Part shown: piece by piece, positions 9,938-20,126 of the stretch
How the letters are laid out: every line of letters starts with the position of its first letter
How positions within the stretch are numbered: position 1 is the first letter of the stretch
Assembly (NCBI GenBank): GCA_020428105.1
Contig: JAGQNK010000011.1
Coordinates: 22,203 to 86,202, forward strand
From: Candidatus Saccharimonadota bacterium
GTDB taxonomy: Bacteria > Patescibacteriota > Saccharimonadia > Saccharimonadales > JAGQNK01
Length of the DNA: 64,000 nucleotides
Direction of reading: 5' to 3'
Program-made: the position numbers and the translations under genes
Notes under the pieces: model-generated
The model's input: only the letters and a program-made list of their open reading frames with translations
Told to the model about the DNA's origin: nothing
Database searches by the model: none

Positions 9938-10858
9938 TTATTTATAATAGACCTTACCCGGAACACGAACGTCTATATACTCTTTTGGCGCAACACCATC
10001 ATTATCAAGCTTAATCCTAGTAGCTATAAAAGTACCTGCCTGTGCCCTACTATCACCTTCTAGATCAAATTTTACATAGTACGCCACATCCCGCAAACGA
10101 AGATACATCTGGCCACCAGACCCAGCTGGTAGTGTCATATTCTGCAGTTTATATCCTTTATCCTTAAGCTGTCTGTGTACATCCTCGATGAACTTTACGG
10201 TGGATGATGATAGCGCATACCTACCTTGTTGCAACGATACGCCACTGTCATCGTGTAGCACAGGCAGAGAGTCTGTCAGAGAGCTATCAACATCACTTGC
10301 CCTAGATATTGCACGACCATGACTATCCAGCACAAAATCTTCATGATTAGTCTCTAGCAACAAAACAGGCTTGGACGGATTTATTTGCACAATCGGCCGA
10401 CGACCAATAAGTGGTAGCACAACGGCAACATTTCCAAGCTCAGGATATTTTTCCTCGATATCGCTCTCTATTTTTGTGGTATTTATCAGTAATTTACTTT
10501 TATTGTATACAGAGTCGAAGAAAACTTTATCGACTTCAGGTACGTAACCGTCAAGATGTGCAGAAACTTGACTTTTACTAGATGAGCCAGCCACCTGTAA
10601 CCGTACCGGACCATTGAGCGTAGAAACATAAAACAAGCAAACAAGGATTACAAAACTAGTTACAATAGTAGGTGCATACCCAAGCCACTTCCTACCATCA
10701 AATTTGTTTGATGTGACTGCCTGTGCAGTGTCCTCAACCTTTCGCTCTCGTTGAATGCTACTATTTGAGCGACTAGCGTGATAAGAAAATACGTTCGCCC
10801 TTTGTTGCGGATGTACTCTGCGGCTTGCCGATGCTGGTGTTTGTTTTTTGCCAAGCAT
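9938..10858 (-). CDS. ftsQ: cell division protein FtsQ/DivIB-like
   Basis: Single N-terminal TM segment followed by a POTRA-like region. It lies immediately downstream of murG in the dcw cluster, and its start overlaps the murG stop. Confidence 0.7.
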   Translation of the reverse strand: MLGKKQTPASASRRVHPQQRANVFSYHASRSNSSIQRERKVEDTAQAVTSNKFDGRKWLGYAPTIVTSFVILVCLFYVSTLNGPVRLQVAGSSSKSQVSAHLDGYVPEVDKVFFDSVYNKSKLLINTTKIESDIEEKYPELGNVAVVLPLIGRRPIVQINPSKPVLLLETNHEDFVLDSHGRAISRASDVDSSLTDSLPVLHDDSGVSLQQGRYALSSSTVKFIEDVHRQLKDKGYKLQNMTLPAGSGGQMYLRLRDVAYYVKFDLEGDSRAQAGTFIATRIKLDNDGVAPKEYIDVRVPGKVYYK

Positions 10859-12027
10859 TAAATACTTTCTGTCTTAGTGTCTGTGCGTTTTGCTATATCC
10901 AATAATATCATCGAAAGTTTACTTGTAGCATCTGGAATTGTAACTTCATTCATTCGCTTACCTAAATCTAATCGTCTAGTTTTGTTCTCTAGGAGTTTTC
11001 TAACTTGCTGACCCAACTTGCTAGCATCTTTACGTATTGTTTTTTCGTCAACGACCTCTACTGCACGTTGCTCTTGTAAATACTTTGCATTCTGTGTTTG
11101 GTGCCCTCCAGCAAGCAATGGATTTGGCACAACAATACAAGCTCTTCCCTGTACCCCTATCTCGGCAATAGCATTCGCCCCTGCTCTTGTAATAATCAGG
11201 TCAGCAGCACCCGTAAACTGATATAGCGGAAATAATAGTGGTGCAACCTGTAGCCGAGGATGCTGAAAATCCTTGTATATACCCATCTTTCCTTTCCCAA
11301 CTTGATGTATTACATACAAGTCAGGAGTACTATCGAGAAGATCTGACACGATACTACGTACAGCATTGTTTATCGTCTGCGCACCACCACTTCCACCCGT
11401 AACTAAAAGCAATCTGGAATGGCTAGGGATGCCTATCTCATGTTTTAACTGTAGTTGTTCTTCTTCGGATATCTGATGGTAGTCATCTCCAACAAGCACG
11501 CCGACATGCTTAACTTTTTCTGGTGGATAATTGTAGTAATCTGGCGACATAGCTGTTGCATTGTATCTAGCCCACCTTGCGACTAACCTGTTTGCAAGGC
11601 CCGGAACAGCGTCAGAATCATGCGTTACAAATGGATAACGCCAAAAAGCTGACGCCAAACCAGTAGGTACACCTACGAAGCCACCTTTCAGAAGGACTAC
11701 ATCAGGATTGAGACTCTTTAGGAGAAATACAGCTTGCAAAGTTCCAAGTATGAAATAAAACAAATCGCGGATATTTAATATATTTGTACGGACGTCCAGT
11801 AAGCGCTGGTGCCAAGACTCACCATGATAACGACGAAACTTTCCCGCATAAACCGTACGAATTTCGTCAATATCCGGATTGTTACTGGTCATTTCAGCAT
11901 ACTTACTATTTCGCTCACCTATGTATACAATGTACGCATCAGAATTGAGGCGCTTCAGTTCATGCGCGACGGCCAGAATCGGAGTGATATGGCCGCCTGT
12001 TCCGCCGCCAGTCAGCACGATTTTCAT
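10858..12027 (-). CDS. murG: UDP-GlcNAc--undecaprenyl-PP-MurNAc-pentapeptide GlcNAc transferase MurG
   Basis: MKIVLTGGGTGGHITP N-terminus with the G-loop. The C-terminal GT-B fold motifs are present. Confidence 0.95.
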   Translation of the reverse strand: MKIVLTGGGTGGHITPILAVAHELKRLNSDAYIVYIGERNSKYAEMTSNNPDIDEIRTVYAGKFRRYHGESWHQRLLDVRTNILNIRDLFYFILGTLQAVFLLKSLNPDVVLLKGGFVGVPTGLASAFWRYPFVTHDSDAVPGLANRLVARWARYNATAMSPDYYNYPPEKVKHVGVLVGDDYHQISEEEQLQLKHEIGIPSHSRLLLVTGGSGGAQTINNAVRSIVSDLLDSTPDLYVIHQVGKGKMGIYKDFQHPRLQVAPLLFPLYQFTGAADLIITRAGANAIAEIGVQGRACIVVPNPLLAGGHQTQNAKYLQEQRAVEVVDEKTIRKDASKLGQQVRKLLENKTRRLDLGKRMNEVTIPDATSKLSMILLDIAKRTDTKTESI

Positions 12028-13240
12028 GCACTTTCCTTTCTGAGCTTAGTGTACTCAATTCATCAGTACCTTCATTTACTGTGTAAGTTGTATACCTGGA
12101 GATATTAAACACCATCCCCACCGCAGCTAACACAAAAACAACACTTGTGCCACCGTAACTAATAAACGGTAGAGTTATTCCTTTTAAGGGCAAAAGTCCG
12201 ATCATTGCACCAATATTTATAAACGCCTGTGTACTCATCCACGCTAAGATTCCCACTACAATCAATCGCGAAAAATTATCTGGCGCTCTTTCCATGATAT
12301 TCTTTATCCGTGCAAAAAATAGCCCAAACAGACAAACCAAAAACGATGCTCCTACAAAACCAAACTTCTCTGACACAATTGCAAAAATCGAATCATTTGC
12401 AGCTTCAGGCAAATATCCAAACGCTTGACCACTGTTCTGCAGACCAATTCCGAAAAGACCTCCAGACCCTACTGCAATCAAAGCCTGGCAAGCCTGATAG
12501 CCCGAGTCCTGACAGTCACGCTCTGGGTTCATAAACGTCGATATTCTATCTCGCCGATAACTAAACGGTAAAATTAATATCATTAGAGCAACCAAAATCA
12601 CTGCACCGACCTGCGCAACTCTCATGAGTGGTAACCCTGCAACAAACGCCATTGCTGCAGTCATCGCGACAATCACCGCTGTCGAACCAAAGTCACGTTG
12701 CAAAATAGCGATAATAACACCGACAACCCCAAGCATGACTACCAAAGGCCTCAGCGTATAAACAGTGCTGTGCATTTGTCGCAGACGAATTCGCTCCTCA
12801 AGAAACGCAGCCATACCTATCAAAAGTGCCATCTTTACAATTTCTACTGATTGTAATGATAAGCCACCAAAACGTATCCAGCGGTGTGCAGGGTATTCTG
12901 GGCTAACTGGTGTAATAAGGGCAATTAAAGTCGCTAGTATTGCGAGGATCAGTAAGGGGCGCTGAAAACTGCGCCACTTGTTGTATGGAAAAAAGGCAGC
13001 TGCTGTAAACGCAACTAGCCCGAGACCTATTGCAGTCAATTGTTTTGTTACAAAGTAATTCTCTCCGACTCCTTTTTGAGCACTCAATCCTGGACTAATT
13101 GCGTAAACAACAATTAACCCCACCACTAGTAACAGCACGCTAAGCAAAACAAGAATATAGTCCGGCTTGTGCTTTCGTGTGGATGAATCCCTTCCTCGAG
13201 AGCCTGCCCTTAACGGACGTCTTGGAGCTTGCCTTTCCAC
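11960..13240 (-). CDS. ftsW: SEDS-family peptidoglycan glycosyltransferase FtsW
   Basis: Ten-TM SEDS protein sitting between mraY and murG. It has a GTG start overlapping the mraY stop, and its 3' tail overlaps the murG start by 68 nt. Confidence 0.9.
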   Translation of the reverse strand: MERQAPRRPLRAGSRGRDSSTRKHKPDYILVLLSVLLLVVGLIVVYAISPGLSAQKGVGENYFVTKQLTAIGLGLVAFTAAAFFPYNKWRSFQRPLLILAILATLIALITPVSPEYPAHRWIRFGGLSLQSVEIVKMALLIGMAAFLEERIRLRQMHSTVYTLRPLVVMLGVVGVIIAILQRDFGSTAVIVAMTAAMAFVAGLPLMRVAQVGAVILVALMILILPFSYRRDRISTFMNPERDCQDSGYQACQALIAVGSGGLFGIGLQNSGQAFGYLPEAANDSIFAIVSEKFGFVGASFLVCLFGLFFARIKNIMERAPDNFSRLIVVGILAWMSTQAFINIGAMIGLLPLKGITLPFISYGGTSVVFVLAAVGMVFNISRYTTYTVNEGTDELSTLSSERKVHENRADWRRNRRPYHSDSGRRA

Positions 13241-14274
13241 TATCTACTCCCAAGTAGATACAACATCAGACCAACTACACCTGCAACTTGGCCCAGTATC
13301 CAAAAGCGCATGGTAACTTTTGTTTCAGGCCAACCGATGGCTTCAAAGTGATGGTGTATTGGCGACGACAGAAATACCTTTTTACCATGACGCAATTTAC
13401 GTGAGGTGCGATTAATTATCACCGAACCTGTCTCGGCTACATACACAGCGCCTACAACAGGAAGCACGTATATTGTATCTGTTTGTAATGCAATAATTCC
13501 CAGTGCTGTTCCTAGGGCAAATGATCCAACATCACCCATAAAGAATCGAGCTGGATATATATTAAACCACGTGTAGCTAAGTAGTGCGCCTACAATAGAC
13601 AGACAAAAACCAGCTAAAACATACTTGCCTTGAGATGCAGCAATTATTGTGTAAACCGTAAATGACGACACCAGCAGACCACCCGCCAAACCATCTAGAC
13701 CGTCTGTAATATTCACGGCGTTTGCGGTAGCAATAACCACAAACCAAAATACGAATACAACCAGAGCACCTAGTGCCACCTCTCCAAATCCAAAATTTAG
13801 ACTAGTGACGTCCAGCTTTGCATAGAACCAAACACCGCCTACCAACGCAACAATACTATGCAAAAGGAACTTAATCCTAGCCCGCATACCGGCTATGGCG
13901 CTGTTTCCGCGAATATTCATCCAATCATCAACAAATCCAATCAAGCCAGCACCAACCATACCGGCCAATGGCAACCATGTTTGTCCCCTGTCAAGATTTG
14001 CAGCAAGCGTGACCAACCCAACTGATAAAACAAATACAATACCAGCCATGTTAGGGATATTTCGTTTGTGCTTGGCCGCGTGCAGTTTAGCGTAAACTGT
14101 AGCCTTGCCGCCCGACCAAGAGTCGCTGCGCTGTTTCTTCCACCATTCATATTTATAGGCGATTGTTGTATATAGTGGCGTTAACAACATACTTAGCATA
14201 AAAGTAATAAAGCCCAAAAGAAGTATTTGGATTAATGTGTGGGTTTGAACGACAATATTTATAGTATCTGTCAT
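13240..14274 (-). CDS. mraY: phospho-N-acetylmuramoyl-pentapeptide transferase MraY
   Basis: Polytopic membrane protein with MraY motifs (DDxxN-like region, HHHFE near the C-terminus: PIHHHFEAIGW). Confidence 0.95.
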   Translation of the reverse strand: MTDTINIVVQTHTLIQILLLGFITFMLSMLLTPLYTTIAYKYEWWKKQRSDSWSGGKATVYAKLHAAKHKRNIPNMAGIVFVLSVGLVTLAANLDRGQTWLPLAGMVGAGLIGFVDDWMNIRGNSAIAGMRARIKFLLHSIVALVGGVWFYAKLDVTSLNFGFGEVALGALVVFVFWFVVIATANAVNITDGLDGLAGGLLVSSFTVYTIIAASQGKYVLAGFCLSIVGALLSYTWFNIYPARFFMGDVGSFALGTALGIIALQTDTIYVLPVVGAVYVAETGSVIINRTSRKLRHGKKVFLSSPIHHHFEAIGWPETKVTMRFWILGQVAGVVGLMLYLLGSR

Positions 14275-14332
14275 GATAAATTATCCTAATTATACCTCAT
14301 TACCATGGTGAGATGTTTGTAAATATTCATAA

Positions 14333-16096
14333 CTAGCTCCGAGGGTTAACCCCAAAATTGTTAATAAGCATTCCTGTCAAATCAACAAACAATGGTGCAG
14401 CAGCCTCAGACCCGGCATAACCACTGATTTTTGGTGTATCTACACGAACTACAATGACATATTGCGGTTCATTACCCCCAACAAAGCCCATAAACATTCC
14501 ATTGAATACATCACTGCGGTACCCGCCCTCTGGCTTAGCAACTTCCGCGGTTCCAGTTTTGCCACCAATACTATACGACGGATAACTACGCTTGAACCCA
14601 TAAAGCATGCTGTTCTTTTCTATTGTATATTCCATCATTTCCTTTATCGTCTTGCTGACTTCTTTATTGACAACATGCTCACGAACAATTTTCTGATAAT
14701 CCTTGTTCTCTTTGCCGTCTGAGCTAATCGTCTTCTCTATTAGGTGGGGTTTGTAATACGTTCCTCCATTCACGACGCTGGCTAGTGCCGCACCCATTTG
14801 TAGAGGCGTCGCTGTCATGCCTTGACCAAAACTGGTATTTGCATAGCTGATATTTAACCCAAATCCATCATTTGGATCGGGAATGAGGCCACTAGCTTCG
14901 TATCCCTGCTCCACACCGGTCTGCTTACCTAGCAAGAAGTGTCCAACCATATATGTGTGCCAGCGCTCACGGGCTTGTTGATTGATTTCACCGCCACCCA
15001 TCTGCATCAGCAGCCAGGTCGCACCAGTGTTAAGTGATAGTTGCAAGATATCACGAACACTTCTAGTACCTGCTCCACCGTCTTCCTCGATGTTACTGAC
15101 AATTGCATCATCTATCTTGTATTGACTAGGGTCGTAGTATGTCTGATCTTTGTGTACCACACCAAGATCCAAGGCAGCGGCAGCAGTTAATGGCTTCATG
15201 ATAGAGCCTACTTCTAGTGGTGAGCTAACTGTGCCATTAGTAAAACGATTACCGTCTTCGACCTTGTAGAATTCAGCTGGGTTAAAGGTTGGATAGTTAG
15301 CCATTGCCTTAATTGCTCCGGTTTTTGCCTCAAGTATCAATGCGCCACCGGACTCAGAATTCACTCGCTTCAATCCTGCCTTCAACAGGTCTTCAAGCTG
15401 TTTCTGCATACCAATGTCTAAAGTCAACACAACACGCTCTCCAGACTTTGGCTCTACATTGATATTGTCCTCATTTGCGGCAAGCGGTACGCCTGCTGCA
15501 TCAGTAATAGCTCGAATCTGTCCAGGTGTTCCCTTCAGCTTGCTGTCCAAAGCTTGTTCAATACCGTATTTGCCTTCGCCCTCATCATTGACAAAGCCCA
15601 GAACCTGAGCTGCAAGACTTCCCTGAGGATAAGTCCGATAGGGCACTTCTCTGGTCCCGATTCCTTTCAGGTCTAGCTTTGCTACCTGTTCACTCTGTAA
15701 TTTAGACAATTTCTTGGCGAGTATAACGTACCGCGTGTTTTTAGTCTCCAGTGCTGTCTGGTATTTGCCAACTTCACCACCTATTGCTCCCATTAACTTC
15801 TCAGCAGCAACCTTTGTATCTTTGACATATACCGGATCAGCGTACAGCGTATAAAGTTTTTCGTTTAATACTATCGGCACCGTCGAATCACCATTATGAG
15901 CCTCTATCACTCCCCTTTCTGGGGGAATTTGGTATTCTTTTAGCTGGCTACTGAGAGCGGTCTTCTGATAATAATCGTGTCGAATAACCTGAAGGTAAAA
16001 GAGCCGAATAATAAAAACAGCACACACAACCAACAAAAGCGCATACCATATACGTATACGCTGAATAGGGGACAGGAATGTACCGCTTGAACTCAT
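14333..16096 (-). CDS. ftsI: penicillin-binding protein (FtsI/PBP2-class transpeptidase)
   Basis: N-terminal TM segment, a dimerisation domain, and a transpeptidase domain carrying the SxxK (SIMKP), SxN and KTG(T) motifs. Confidence 0.9.
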   Translation of the reverse strand: MSSSGTFLSPIQRIRIWYALLLVVCAVFIIRLFYLQVIRHDYYQKTALSSQLKEYQIPPERGVIEAHNGDSTVPIVLNEKLYTLYADPVYVKDTKVAAEKLMGAIGGEVGKYQTALETKNTRYVILAKKLSKLQSEQVAKLDLKGIGTREVPYRTYPQGSLAAQVLGFVNDEGEGKYGIEQALDSKLKGTPGQIRAITDAAGVPLAANEDNINVEPKSGERVVLTLDIGMQKQLEDLLKAGLKRVNSESGGALILEAKTGAIKAMANYPTFNPAEFYKVEDGNRFTNGTVSSPLEVGSIMKPLTAAAALDLGVVHKDQTYYDPSQYKIDDAIVSNIEEDGGAGTRSVRDILQLSLNTGATWLLMQMGGGEINQQARERWHTYMVGHFLLGKQTGVEQGYEASGLIPDPNDGFGLNISYANTSFGQGMTATPLQMGAALASVVNGGTYYKPHLIEKTISSDGKENKDYQKIVREHVVNKEVSKTIKEMMEYTIEKNSMLYGFKRSYPSYSIGGKTGTAEVAKPEGGYRSDVFNGMFMGFVGGNEPQYVIVVRVDTPKISGYAGSEAAAPLFVDLTGMLINNFGVNPRS

Positions 16097-16111
16097 TTTG
16101 CTCCTGAATTG

Positions 16112-16525
16112 TTAGTTTGCTACAACACCAGACGGCACAGTACTAACCAATTTGCCGGCTACTTCACTATTTTTTATTCTTTCTTGTGCCTGAAGCCTAG
16201 CAGAATCTATCGCCAGTTGATCATGCTCTTCCCTAAGACCTGCTTGCTTATTCTTGATGTCGTTGATCTTGTAACTATAAGCATTGGTTTTGGTCACTTG
16301 CGTTAAGTACAGCAGCCCTACCAAACACGCGAGCACAATCAAAATAATTGTATTACTGACCGGTCCAATCGCTTTATCCTTAGACTTAAAACCTGTGATA
16401 TTTTGGCTGCGCGCAGCATACCTCTGCCGTCCGACGGCTAATGATGATGAATATGTCATAGTTTTGTTTTTGTGTTTAGTTTTGTTCTTTGTTCCCTGGC
16501 GTGTTTTACACGCCAGGGAATCCAT
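16112..16525 (-). CDS. ftsL: cell division protein FtsL-like
   Basis: Small bitopic protein (one TM segment plus a coiled-coil/leucine-zipper region) between rsmH and ftsI. The true start is probably internal (MTYSSS). Confidence 0.5.
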   Translation of the reverse strand: MDSLACKTRQGTKNKTKHKNKTMTYSSSLAVGRQRYAARSQNITGFKSKDKAIGPVSNTIILIVLACLVGLLYLTQVTKTNAYSYKINDIKNKQAGLREEHDQLAIDSARLQAQERIKNSEVAGKLVSTVPSGVVAN

Positions 16526-16648
16526 TCATAAAGGTTATTCGATAGCCTAGACTACTCGAACCTTAACCTTGTATGCGCGGGAGAGGTTTTTTACCTGTAT
16601 TGGCATGCCTCTTCCTTTCTTTTGGTGCCCACCCTTTTGGAGTTGAGC

Positions 16649-17554
16649 TTATTTTTGTTTTGCTGCGGCACGAAGCTTTGCACTTCTTGCTCGCGGATTG
16701 AAAACATTCTCATCCGAGTCGGCCATAACCGGTTGTTTTGTCAACAAGGTTAGGACGGCGTCGTAGCGATCACCAGCCAGTTCGTTAAATGTATGCTTAA
16801 CAATTCTGTCTTCCAGGCTATGGAAACTGATGACCACTATTCGCCCTCCCGGGGCAAGAAGATCTACCCACAGTGGTATAGCTTGCTTGATTTGGTCAAG
16901 CTCACTATTGACCGCAATTCGAACCGCTTGAAATGTTCTCGTTGCAGGATGTACCTTACTATGCCCCGGCCAAGCTTGGGCAATGATTTTTGCAAGCTCT
17001 GTGGTCGTAGTAATTGGACGATTGTCCACTATCAAACGAGCAATTGTTGCTGCTCGTGGCTCTTCGCCATACTCACGGATAAGTTTACGCAACTCCACTT
17101 CGTCATAGCGATTGACTATGTCGTTAGCCGTTACGTTTTGTGTCTGATCCATGCGCATATCTAGCGGTCCTTTTGTCTTCAGACTAAAACCCCTACTTGC
17201 ATTGTCAAGGTGCGGTGACGAAACGCCTAAATCCGCCAAAATCAAATTGAATTGTCTTTTTGCTTTTACAAATTCTTGGCTTGCTCCCAAAAAATCTTGG
17301 TGGATTATCTGGACGCCACTATCCGCAAACTTGCTTTGCAAATAAGCAATTGCATTGTGATCGCGATCTACTAAAGTAGATTTGCTTGGTTGTAAGGTAC
17401 GTTCCAGTACTTTGCTAGCATGCCCTCCGTATCCGGCCGTGAGGTCGAGATAACTATCTCCTTCTTTGGGTTGGAGATAGCCTAGAACTTGCTCTAGCAA
17501 CACAGGAAAATGTTGATTGGTTTGATTTTGGTTGTTTGTGTTGGTGTTTTTCAT
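16649..17554 (-). CDS. rsmH: 16S rRNA (cytosine1402-N4)-methyltransferase RsmH (MraW)
   Basis: HFPVLLEQVLGYL...YLDLTAGYGGHA is the RsmH signature. Confidence 0.95.
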   Translation of the reverse strand: MKNTNTNNQNQTNQHFPVLLEQVLGYLQPKEGDSYLDLTAGYGGHASKVLERTLQPSKSTLVDRDHNAIAYLQSKFADSGVQIIHQDFLGASQEFVKAKRQFNLILADLGVSSPHLDNASRGFSLKTKGPLDMRMDQTQNVTANDIVNRYDEVELRKLIREYGEEPRAATIARLIVDNRPITTTTELAKIIAQAWPGHSKVHPATRTFQAVRIAVNSELDQIKQAIPLWVDLLAPGGRIVVISFHSLEDRIVKHTFNELAGDRYDAVLTLLTKQPVMADSDENVFNPRARSAKLRAAAKQK

Positions 17555-18013
17555 GCAAATGTTTGTTTTTGTCCTTATACAAGTATTATATAAGGAAATT
17601 TTTGCAAGGTCACCTATCTAGCAATTGGCTTTTTGTTTTTTTGGTTGTTTTTGTTTTTGTGTGTGAGCTTCTAATTTAGAAACTCTGTGCTAATTTTGTT
17701 TTGCTTGGAACTTTTTGCGGGTTTTTGTAAACCTACGGTGTTCTAAGCCCAAAATCAGCGTTGAGAGACTTATGTGTGAGGTGGAGTTTTGGGAGGTGTT
17801 TTAATATAAGGTACTAAGGTTTTTTATATGGTTACCTTCAGCCCATATGCCAACTGCCAGATAGCTAACCTCGGAAATGAGATAACTTTACAGTTTACTC
17901 ATCGTACCGATCTTTAGCAAAGCTAAACATCGGACTGCTCTTTTCCCATAGGAAAATGAGCTGGTTAATTGTCTGACGACTAATTCAAATTGTTAAAGAA
18001 CTGGCTAGAGAAA

Positions 18014-18373
18014 CTATTGTGCTGCAGTAATGCGCCAATACTTTCCTGCTCTTACGGCTATAACGTCGCGGTCTATTCCTGCAAAATCCAGTAAGTGCTG
18101 CTCGACCAGAATGCGACCTTGTTTTTCGTCTAGCGCCGCTTCGGTCTTGCCTGCTCTGAATTTCACATTCAGGTCTGCTGTCCGTTCATCCAGGATATTG
18201 CCTTGAAGCTCTGGCTCCATCAGCTCGTCCCAGACTGACTTAGGATACAGGTGCAGATAGTTTTGGAATCCGCGTGTCAGTACTACTCCAGAGGCAAACT
18301 CATCACGAAGCTCAGTTGGAATTGTCAACCGTCGCTTGTCGTCAAGCTTCCTTTCGAAATAATCTACTGCCAC
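18014..18373 (-). CDS. mraZ: transcriptional regulator MraZ
   Basis: Two tandem MraZ-type repeats, each with a DxxxR motif (LDDKRRLTIP...; LDEKQGRILV...). GTG start. Confidence 0.8.
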   Translation of the reverse strand: MAVDYFERKLDDKRRLTIPTELRDEFASGVVLTRGFQNYLHLYPKSVWDELMEPELQGNILDERTADLNVKFRAGKTEAALDEKQGRILVEQHLLDFAGIDRDVIAVRAGKYWRITAAQ

Positions 18374-18437
18374 ACGCCCGTCCCGTTTAAATTGCTAGTG
18401 GTTTTTATTTTTTTGGATGAGTAGTCTTTTTTGGACT

Positions 18438-18484
18438 ACCCACGTTTACCCACTAACATCAGTCTACAACCCACCCTTACCCAC
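18438..18484 (-). promoter_or_regulatory. four GTGGGT(A/T) direct repeats upstream of mraZ (candidate MraZ boxes / Pmra operator)
   Basis: In the mraZ transcription direction the sequence reads GTGGGTAA-GG-GTGGGTTG ...13 nt... GTGGGTAA-AC-GTGGGTAG. That gives two pairs with 10-bp periodicity, 65-110 nt upstream of the mraZ start. Confidence 0.45.
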
Positions 18485-18629
18485 ATGCAAGTCTTTTTTA
18501 TAAAAATAACGACTTTTTTCAGCCGTTATCCACAGTTTTTACTAGAAACCCACGATACACACTATATATAGCCATGATATGACTTATAGGAACACTATTA
18601 GGTTCACAGAAAGTAGGCGGGGGAGTATT

Positions 18630-19088
18630 TTATTGTCCTGGCTTACCGCCTACTGCCCGGCATGCATCTGGATCAATATGACTAAAATAAACTCTACCGT
18701 CTACTTCTAATTTAAGCGCCTCCACAGCAGGAGCCTCAGGATCAACAGCACCTGGTGGGTTCAGTTCAACCTGCTCCCTGCCGTCAGAATCTACTACTTT
18801 TTTAACTTCTGCTATCTTATCTCCATGTCTACGGAAATTTTCTCTCATTCCAGATATAGTATCTCCCGACTCAATAGGCACCACGCACACTGGCTGTTTA
18901 CTGTCTTCTCTTAGTTCGCTAACAATCTCGTATGCTTCTTTACCAAGAAGTGCTAATACACCTAAGCCAGCCAAGACAGCAGATTGTCTGATATATGCCT
19001 CTGCCTTGTTCCTAGGGGGACGCCAAGTATCCCTGCCAGGATTACCTGAAACTTTGCGTTCTGCATCGTCGGAGTGTAATTCTTTCAT
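18630..19088 (-). CDS. hypothetical protein with one TM segment (152 aa)
   Basis: ORF with a hydrophobic segment (AVLAGLGVLALLG). There is a weak LysM-like stretch (VVPIESGDTISGM). Confidence 0.3.
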   Translation of the reverse strand: MKELHSDDAERKVSGNPGRDTWRPPRNKAEAYIRQSAVLAGLGVLALLGKEAYEIVSELREDSKQPVCVVPIESGDTISGMRENFRRHGDKIAEVKKVVDSDGREQVELNPPGAVDPEAPAVEALKLEVDGRVYFSHIDPDACRAVGGKPGQ

Positions 19089-19119
19089 TATTAGATGATA
19101 GCATGAATATGTATATTTT

Positions 19120-20121
19120 TCAACTTTCTTGTATGAGTATTTTTGCTAAACATGTCACTACAGCACTCGCATCGTGACGAATAAGTGAACGATAGATAAA
19201 TGTATCGTTAGGATCCCGAACTGCACCCTGCTTTGCCAAAAAATTACCGCCTATAGCCCTGTAGTGCTTTCCTTGTAGTGCTTTCTGATCAACTGTTACT
19301 GGAAACTCCCCGTCAAGTGCATATTTTTGCAACAAATCATATGTTGGTTCCATAGTATTAAACAATACACTATCAATAGTATTGCCGATAAATCTCTCTA
19401 TTTCATCAACGTAATCATGCACGGCAAAAGTTGCCGTATGATTAGGCTTGTTTATCAAGTTGCCTACGTAGACCACTGGCGCAGTGGCGGTTGCTAACGC
19501 TTCTTTGACGCCAGATACTAGTAACGCCGGTAATAGTGACGCGTACAGATTTCCCGGAGCGATAACTATCAAGTCGGCCCGACTGATAGCTTTATTAGCT
19601 TCCGGATTAATCTCTGCTGATGGCTCCAGCCATAAGTCTGGCCGATCATCCTTACCTCGAAACTGTGTATTCTCAATATTATACTGGCCAACCACATGGC
19701 TACCCTTGATATTCATGCTCAGTTTACAGTTAGTCAAGGTCATGGGTACGACTTTGCCTCGAATATTCAACACCTTGCTAGCCACCTTTACAGCATCTGC
19801 AAAATTGTTCGTAGTCATTTCAACTGTACTGATGAATAAATTACCAAACGAATGTCCTTCCCAAGAGCTGCCAGCTGGATAACGATAGTTAAATAGTGTG
19901 CGAAGCTCATCAGACGATTCGCTAAGAGCAACCAGGCATTGTCGAATGTCACCTGGTGGCAATACACCAAACTCATCTCGTAGCACACCGGTTGAACCGC
20001 CGTCGTCGGCCATATTCACCAGCGCAGTGATGTTCTTAGTGAGTTTCTTTAGCTCCTGAAGTAGCGTAAAGCTACCCGTTCCGCCACCAATAACAACTAT
20101 CCTAGAGTTTTGCTTTTCCAT
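19120..20121 (-). CDS. YvcK/CofD-like (UPF0052, gluconeogenesis factor family) protein
   Basis: IVVIGGGTGSFTLLQELK...ITALVNMADDGGSTGVLRDEFGVLPPGDIRQCLVAL is the YvcK family signature. Confidence 0.8.
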   Translation of the reverse strand: MEKQNSRIVVIGGGTGSFTLLQELKKLTKNITALVNMADDGGSTGVLRDEFGVLPPGDIRQCLVALSESSDELRTLFNYRYPAGSSWEGHSFGNLFISTVEMTTNNFADAVKVASKVLNIRGKVVPMTLTNCKLSMNIKGSHVVGQYNIENTQFRGKDDRPDLWLEPSAEINPEANKAISRADLIVIAPGNLYASLLPALLVSGVKEALATATAPVVYVGNLINKPNHTATFAVHDYVDEIERFIGNTIDSVLFNTMEPTYDLLQKYALDGEFPVTVDQKALQGKHYRAIGGNFLAKQGAVRDPNDTFIYRSLIRHDASAVVTCLAKILIQES

Positions 20122-20126
20122 AATTA

